Origin: Octopus sinensis
Lineage: Eukaryota
Direction of reading: 5' to 3'
Length of the DNA: 64,000 nt
Assembly: GCF_006345805.1 (NCBI RefSeq)
Contig: NC_043009.1
Location: 5,518,001-5,582,000, forward strand
Below, in pieces: positions 56,011 to 64,000 of the stretch. Within the stretch, counting starts at the first letter, position 1. Each line of letters begins with the position of its first letter. The translations under genes and the position numbers were made by a program. The notes below the pieces were generated by a model, which did no database searches, was not told the origin of the DNA, and was given only the letters and a program-made list of their open reading frames with translations.

Positions 56011-57802
56011 AAGTTGAATTTCAAGGTTGTTTATATTATAGATCTGTAATTTAATTTCATTTGAATAACTTCACTGCAACGTCTCCCAAGTAGAAATGTT
56101 TAGCTTGATTGGTTTATCACACGGGTTTCGTGGTGCCGATGTATTGATCAGCTGACACATTCTATGAAAGATCTCATAGAGTTTCACCATAATCATTTCC
56201 ACTAATATTACGTCTTCTAAATTGCTGCTTGTGGCATCCCTTCATGAACAAAATTTCGGATAAATCATTTATAACAATGCTAACTTCTTCATTATTGAAC
56301 AGAAATTAATTGCGACATTATCATGTGTGTTTCATAAATCACATTAATCAATGTAATTACATTCATTTAAATCTCGATCGTCACACTCTACCCAACACCT
56401 TTGCAATCGGGAACAAAAGTCTTCGGCGTTTCACAGACACACACGGAACTAAGTAGCTAAATGGGCGTTGACACATCATTACATTATGCAACATTAAAGA
56501 AAATGGTATTGTTACGAAAATCTGAATTCTAGAATTTACAATTTAGTAACTGGACATAATAAGAAGTCAACTATGCAATGTTAGCAATTATTAAAAGTGA
56601 CAGAGCGATACATTCTTACTATCATGTCTAGCACATTGGTCTGTGTACTACAGGATATATCCAAAAAATGTTACTATAAAAAATGGATGCTTTATTTCAT
56701 TCTGTATTTTAAAAATTAACACAGTTGAGATTTATATCAATTATTTAGGCTAACTGAACTCACATAAATCAAATACTAAAATTTGGTTAAGGTTTTAGTG
56801 TAGAAAGTTACTAGTAATATATTGTTTATAAACGCTGAGTATCTATGCATATTTCTATTCGAAGCAATATACCTGTACAATATAAATGTACAGTTTCATC
56901 TTTCTCAAATTCTTTACCATGAAAGACCAAGTATAATTAAGAAGCAGCAAAATATAATATTCTAAAGTGTTAACATTTCGAGTGACGTAGTTGCATAATC
57001 TATTTAGCATTTTATTATTGTTCAAGAAACAAATTGATTCCTAAACAAGTGCAGAGATAGTCAGATGACTCACTCGAATTCTCAGATCTATTCTTTATAT
57101 ATATCTTTTTGAGGTGAGAATTATATTGCACATTTTCTACAGATAACGCGCAGTTTGTAGTTGGGTATAATCTGTTGCCTTTTAAATTCAGCAGCACCTG
57201 TATATCTATTAGATGTAAGGGTAGTAGGCAAGATATTCTTCGTTAAATTGTGACATATATTTTTACTCCTTGGTGACCTTTAACCAAGAAGATTGTTATT
57301 AAAAACATCATTGATTGTACTGCTATATTTGTGATATTTGTGAGTAATTTTCGGGTTCGTCTGGACTGAATAGGAGGCATAGTTTTCCTCAGAATTGTTA
57401 AGCGAACTTTGGACTCATGTTTTAGAGATAAAAATCTCTGAGCGGATGTAACTGAAAATTTCATTGCATGCTCTGTGTAGAATAGAGAGATCTTCAACAA
57501 TAAACTTTATATATGGAATTCATTTTCCCTATTTTATTCTGTAAACAATCTTATTCTCTATATGTACAATGATTGTGTTCATACAATATGTACGCGTGCG
57601 CACGGTTTTATGTTATACGTACGCTATCGACATTTTTACCCCTCTCCATTCGAAAATTTCCTCGGTTGCAATTACTTTCCCTGACTGATACTTTCTACTC
57701 TATCATTGCGGCATTACGTAGATGTTACAGAAGTTCCATAGAACAAAGATTAGTACATGTTTCTGTTGCATCAATAGAACGTTTCTCTCGTTAAATGAAT
57801 GG

Positions 57803-58015
57803 GCTAGATAGACAAGTCGAGACCCCATTCGGTCGTGAATAGCCAGGGGATGTAACTAGAAAGTTCATTTTTGAGGCACAAGTCCCGGCAAGGTCGTTTA
57901 TGGAAAACTAGGAGTCGCTCATGCGTGCTAGCCTTCCCGTTCCACGCCATCGATGTTATCCAAGACAAAGTCCGATACAGCTTGAAACCAGTGACGGCGC
58001 AACTCATTTCTACAG
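57803..58015 (-). mobile_element. SINE family C, 3' part
   Basis: The reverse complement is homologous to 58140-58340 (ctgtagaaatgag...aagctgtatcgg...ttttccataaacgaccttgcc). Confidence 0.65.
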
Positions 58016-58021
58016 TTAGGT

Positions 58022-58342
58022 GAAGGTGCATGGCTCAGTGGTTAGAGTCGGGCTCAGCATAAGGAGGTAGTGAGTTTGAATCCTGGACCGGGCTGTGCGT
58101 TGGGCTCTTTGGAAAGACACTTTATTTCACATTGCTCCAATTCACTCAACTGTAAAAATGAGTGCCAAGCTGTATCGGCGTTTGTTTTTCTCTGGGACAA
58201 CATCGCTAATGTGAAAAGGGGAGGCTTGTATGCATGGGCGACCGGTAGTCTTCCATAAACAACCTTGCCCGGACTTGTACCTAGCATGAGAACTTTCTAG
58301 GTGCAATCCCATGGTCAATAGTGACCGATGGAGTTCTTTACT
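58022..58342 (+). mobile_element. tRNA-derived SINE family C
   Basis: A box tggctcagtgg, B box gagtttgaatcc, central ctgtaaaaatgag domain. Confidence 0.75.
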
Positions 58343-60044
58343 AAACAAGACTAATATCTAAACTTTTGCCCTGTGGTTTTCTTGCAGTTATATTGTTCTC
58401 TGAAATTTCTGCATTCTTTTTAAAGGTGGTATAAAATGATTTTGAAGCTGTTGTATCTGATTTAGTGAATATTTCAAATATATTCATGTGATTCTTACGA
58501 AAATAGAGAGCTTGAAGATGTAATTCAGTAGCTTTTTGATAAGTTTGTTGTTATTCTTCTATCAAACTATGTTAATTTTCATCGGGAAAAGCTATGATAT
58601 GTATCTCTAGTTTGAGATATACTCTGCCTCTGCCAAGGTAAATACAATTTTACAATTTCAGTCATCCAGTGATTAATTGTATGAAATAGGGTTACATTCG
58701 CTCCCCTGTCCAAGCAATGAATCGAATGGTTTATAATCAGAATTATTATTGAAAATGAACCCCTGATTGTCAACGGCCTTATCGTTCTGACGATGAAGTC
58801 AATATTTATTTTCAAGTAGTCTTTCTAAGGATTTTCATTTTTAGTATGATTTTAATGGATATACATACAGATGCATATGCACACACATCGCAAAGCACGC
58901 ACAGATGTCTATATTTGTTCAAAATATAAGTTTTAAGATAGGTAGCGTCGATCTAACCAATCTCTTGATGCTGTCCCCTAATATAGAAAACTGCTCATCC
59001 TGCTCTTTTATGCTTGCTTTTTCTCCGTCTGTCACTAAAACCATAGCTGGTCTTAGAAAGTGGGTGGAGAAAAACAATACGTCCAAAACAATTGAAAAAG
59101 GGAAAAAGAAGAAATTATAGAAACAGGGGCTCTAATTCCGTGACATTTGAACTTTGGACAATACATTCATTCACAAATTTCGTTTGGTTTGTCGAATGGT
59201 AATTTTTTTTGCCATTGGCTTGAAACAAAGCTGCATTATTAAGCTTTCTTCTACTTATACGTCCATATATGGCACGCACAACACACACCTGCATACACAT
59301 ATATAAACACATGCACACAAAAGCACATACACACGTATACACGAGGCTAAGTAATAGATTATACGCACCCTTGTTTCTGTAATTTCTTAAAAGAAAAGCA
59401 TGAGTTAAACAATGATATCATTTTGAGACATTGTCTCCTCCGTTTTCGATGCATGTCTTCCGGCAGACCACCAGCTTGCTTATTGCGTCGAAGATTTTTC
59501 GGCAAGTGGCAAAGGCATTTATAGTCCGCTTCCCATAGTTCGCCTTCCGTAGCAAATTGCAGCCACTTCAAGCAGATTTGAACTCCCCAATGTGGTGCTA
59601 GACGTATGGAGCGAGATTTGCACAGCTTGCAGGTTTTTTCAGGAACACAAAAACCCTATTCTCAATGGTTTTAATATTGTAACTGGCCGTATGTGCGCAT
59701 GCATTGTTGTGCCGCAATATCATTTGCTTTGTATAATGCAACTTGGCTTTTGATGCAAATCGTTGGTTTTAGTTTGTTATCCAGCATTTTTTTCCTGCCT
59801 TATAATTTACGGTTTACAGGAGATAACTCTTTCCCCTCTTTTCTTTCTGATTACTTTTTTCGTTTTCCCGGTTTTTAACCTTCCACTTTTTTCCATATAC
59901 CACTTACACATATTTTATCGTTTCTTCTCTCATTCATTTCTCACTCTCACATTTTCTCTCACTGATTTTCTGTTATTAATAGATGTGTTACAATTATTGT
60001 CTCTATTATTGTCTTTATTAGGTTAGGTAATTAATTCTAAACTG

Positions 60045-60930
60045 ATGACACTATCCCACAACCCTGATTACAAAATAATGGATTCTGTTATAAATCCCAG
60101 CTTAGACCCTCCCTTGCTGACGACACATGTACCTAGCTTAAACTCACTAGAGCGATACTTTGACTATCAAGCAAACAAAAACTCAAGTAGCTGTCGCGCA
60201 TCCAATATATGTCCACTCAAGGGATTTTGTTTGCGCAAAAATGTGATATAAAAAATGTACTGTGATGATACCCCGCAACCACCAGGCAAGGATATATATG
60301 GGAGTGAAGTAAACTTTAAGCTTGAGCATCGTGCACATATTAATTCTTTTATTAACCCCCAAATCACATTTTCTACTTCACCAGCGGCAAATATCCATAA
60401 TTTCAAAGCAAGAAATCATACAGTAAAATCTATCCTCGTCAATAGTTACAAAGCCTCCCCTCACCCAATTAAAATTCATATATACTTAAACGTATACTCT
60501 GTATTAAAGAATCATGAAGTATTCTGCGTATGTATAATTCTTCAATATTAAATTGGTTTACAGAAATTATGTTCTCTTATAGACACGGGTATTATTTGAA
60601 CCTTAGACATTTGACTCTTGACAATACATTGTTATTCCGATAAAATTTTAATTTTAAAAGCATGGATTTTGTCTCCTCCTCTAAACCTCCACCTCTAATA
60701 TTATTACTAGCTTCGTCTTAAGAGTAGTATATTCTCCCCTCCTACTACTCTCTAAAACACACACCCCTACTAATAAGTGTAGCTCTCTATACAGATTTTC
60801 AACTTTGAATTCCACCACATCAAAATAACAAATGTAAACTTATCGAGTGGAAACGTCTCTGAAGAAGGAGACGGTGGTATGAATTATTGGACCTTAGAAT
60901 CTATTGTATGTCGCCAGAAACGACTTTCTG
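60045..60930 (+). mobile_element. Decayed Penelope-like element 3' end (GIY-YIG endonuclease remnant plus pLTR)
   Basis: SCRASNICPLKGFCLRKNVI...IYGSEVNFKLEHRAHINSF resembles the PLE C-x-C...CPLxGxCL...VIY...YIG...H motif. A degenerate hammerhead-like motif follows at 60859-60924. Confidence 0.6.
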
Positions 60931-63390
60931 ACCTTAACGACTTATAACATTCTAATATGGATTTATAGCATTCTACACTTATGCTCCACTCATTCTATTT
61001 TTAATATCCTTCTTATTGTTAGTCGGAATATATATTTGCATAATTTTAATATATTCTTAATGTATTTGTATTGATATATGTATATATTTTTAATGTATTT
61101 TTAATGTATTTATATATGTACGTATCTATATATGAATTTGTGCAAATAATATTTTTATAACGAAGTATATTTTATTATGTGCATATTGGTAACCCGTCTT
61201 TTGCTTCTCATAATTATTTTTTTCCTATTCTTCTTATGGCACAAAAGTCTTGAGCACTTCGGTGTTTTCTCAATATATAGATAAAATTTATCTCTGAAAT
61301 ATCAATTATATGTATGTATGTGCAGCAATATCGTCTTCATAAATATATATCCATTCATACAGGGGTCGTCTACAAGCCTGTGTGTTTGTCGTTCAGCCTA
61401 TCTTTTCTATCAAACTTCTTATTTATCATTTTGTAACGATCCATTGGTTAAAAAAACACAATAACGGTATTAATACAACTAAAGATTTTTTTACAGACGT
61501 ATTAAAAGAGCAAGATATCATTAAAGACCATTTTATTGATTAGTACGTGCGGTAGTATAACGGACATACTCCTTATATATTACGGGACGTATTCATTTTT
61601 CTATTTAGATATTTATTTTATGTCAAGGACTTATGTGTTTCAATCAACATTAAACCTTATAATTTCAGTTTTGCAGTCTGCAGACTGTATTTTCTTTTAT
61701 TCAACCAAACGAGAACATGTTTTCTTCGGTCCCTTGAGATTTATGTTCGTTAAGGGCTGCGTTATGTTCTTTTGGATGTTCATAACTAGGTTGGCTATTG
61801 CAGTTACTATCGTATTTTCATATTACTTTTTAGGGGTATATTGGCTCATAAGTTTTAATTACACTGTCGTATTGCTGTAATGTGGTAACTATACTGATTA
61901 TTGCGGAAGTGAAAAAGTTTGAGATCTATAACATCTATTATGATCTGGACAGTTGTTTCATGAACGCCTCTGATTAAACATGTTTGATCAACGAAGGAAG
62001 AAGTGGGCTTAAATGAACTCATGTATAATACACAAATATTTATGGAAATTCCATATGTGTACTCAAGGCCACAGCAACATGTGCCTTAGAAGAGGAAAAC
62101 AGAAAAAAGAGACAAGCAACAAACCGTTGCAGAAATAAGCAAGTACAAAGATAAGTGGTCAAATTTATGATAACAATACGTCGGGAGTATTGATATGTTC
62201 TGATTTCCCCTGAACAGCCAAGCTACGAATTCAAAACTAGAATAGGATTATATTCTTTACGGTTCAATGATTAAACATTTTAACGCTAGCTACTGGATAA
62301 AAAGTCATTTGTCTCCGTTTAATCTTAACTTCTGTGTACAAATATCTACTTCGGTTTGATAGTATTGAGATCAGCATTAATGCTATATTAAACCGTCAAT
62401 AATATATCATTTGTATTCGATTTACTATGTGATCTTCTGTCTCATCTGTTTGTTTATTTAACTCTTCTTGCTTACTTTTGAACCTATGATTATGTTAAAT
62501 AAAGCACTTACGCGATGAGTTATAAAACACAATATATTCTTAGAAAAATATAAAAGTAAAATGAAACCTTAGATTGTAAAGGAATATAATACGAACGGAA
62601 ATGATAGATACTTAAACGCTCTTTGTTTTATTTATTTATGTGACACATCCTGATCTCTCCTTCGAAAATAGCTTTTAAAATCTTATGTATATTTTCAGAT
62701 TGGAAATGAATGTAAGTTAAACGGATTATACGCTGATACTTTAACGGCATTAGTCTTTCAATTTTACAGCGGCTGTTCACATCAGAATGCATTTTATAAA
62801 TATAATGGTTAAGTGGTTAATCTGGTGTAACCGCTAAAAACGTCTATCACATTTTGAAAGTAAAACAACACATAAAACAAATGAATCGAGTGTTGGAATG
62901 TACGGGAAAAGAGATACGACCGCATCTTTATTCCTCCACAAAGGAAACTATGCGCATAGATACTTACATACATATCCATATATAACCATAAATACACACG
63001 CATGCTTACGTACATGTGTGAATAACTACACGCATATATTCTTACAAGATATACAAGCACACACATCACTAACTTAAGACGTAATGACTTTGTGGATGTT
63101 CTAAACATCTTCGTTCGGTATATTTGCAAACATGAGATGCAGCTGGATTTAATAACAAAATATATGTTCATATGGAGATGGAATATGGCCCAAAATAAAT
63201 GTTCATCTTTGACAAATGGGTGAGAGGCAGAACCAAAGCATCAGTGGTCCCTTTGCACTCTTCCTAATTGCACTTAATGTGTGTAACAGGAACATAGATA
63301 CTCATGAAAATAAATCGACGGAAAATGGCGAAAGCAAAGATAAAATAAGAAAAATATATAACAAAATAAAGGGAAAATAGAAAAATATGA

Positions 63391-63448
<58 letters not shown>

Positions 63449-63472
63449 GTGTGTGTGTGTGCGTGTGTATAA

Positions 63473-63519
<47 letters not shown>

Positions 63520-63672
63520 ATATAATATATATATATATATATAGTATATTTGCCACTTAAATGTGGCTAACTCTTCAGGGTTAGTGATATTTACGTGGCA
63601 AATATACTTCACGATATCGTGCAGCTACTGTTTATAATTCACTCAGAGATTTATTATGTATATATATATATA

Positions 63673-63826
63673 TCATCATCATCATTGTTCGACCGTGGTC
63701 GAGACAATGGAATTTACCATGCTGCGCCAGACTTCACGGTCCATCATGGCATTACGGAGGTCCTGTTGCTGGATGCCTGTATCCCTGGAGATTACATCAG
63801 GGTAGGAGAGTGTGCGACCTCTGGTA
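63673..63826 (-). mobile_element. RTE-type LINE 3' end
   Basis: The minus strand reads RGRTLSYPDVISRDTGIQQQDLRNAMMDREVWRSMV, followed by a (TGA)n tail. Confidence 0.75.
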
Positions 63827-63932
63827 TATGTATGTATTTATGCATGTATGTATATAAAGATATATATATATATAAATGTATGTAAGTACATAAAGATATG
63901 TATATATTTATATATATATATATGTTAAAACA

Positions 63933-64000
63933 TAGGAGTGGTTGTGTGGTAAGTAGCTTGTTTACCAACCACATGGTTCCGGGTTCAGTCCCATTGCGTG
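63933..64000 (+). mobile_element. SINE family B head (cut by window end)
   Basis: ggagtggttgtgtggtaagtagcttg...gggttcagtcccattgcgtg. Confidence 0.85.

Noticed and set aside
57243-57500. Minus-strand ORF and alternative frame LHRACNEIFSYIRSE
   Set aside because: No recognisable motif or convincing splice pair.

Overview
AT-rich eukaryotic DNA with very dense microsatellites and many tRNA-derived SINEs. The repeat types point to a cephalopod (Octopus-like) genome; this is an inference, no database was searched. Nearly all listed ORFs are microsatellite artefacts. Recognisable decayed transposon coding remnants are a HERO-like RLE LINE (~13.3-14.6 kb), an R4/Dong-like RLE LINE (~50.9-52.0 kb), a Tc1/mariner maT-like transposase (~53.2-53.7 kb), a Penelope-like GIY-YIG fragment (~60.0-60.6 kb) and an RTE 3' end (~63.7 kb). 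A few phase-compatible candidate exons suggest an unidentified minus-strand host gene (best supported at 41, 39 and 36.5 kb). The main signal is a set of non-coding repeat elements next to (TA)n tracts that carry type I hammerhead ribozyme folds: 1.35-2.3 kb, 9.24-9.97 kb, and a three-unit array at 16.0-17.2 kb. They resemble Penelope-associated retrozymes. All five of their ribozyme copies have a palindromic stem III and a mismatch at the base of stem II. Two of the families also share a covarying RNA domain downstream of the ribozyme that I do not recognise.
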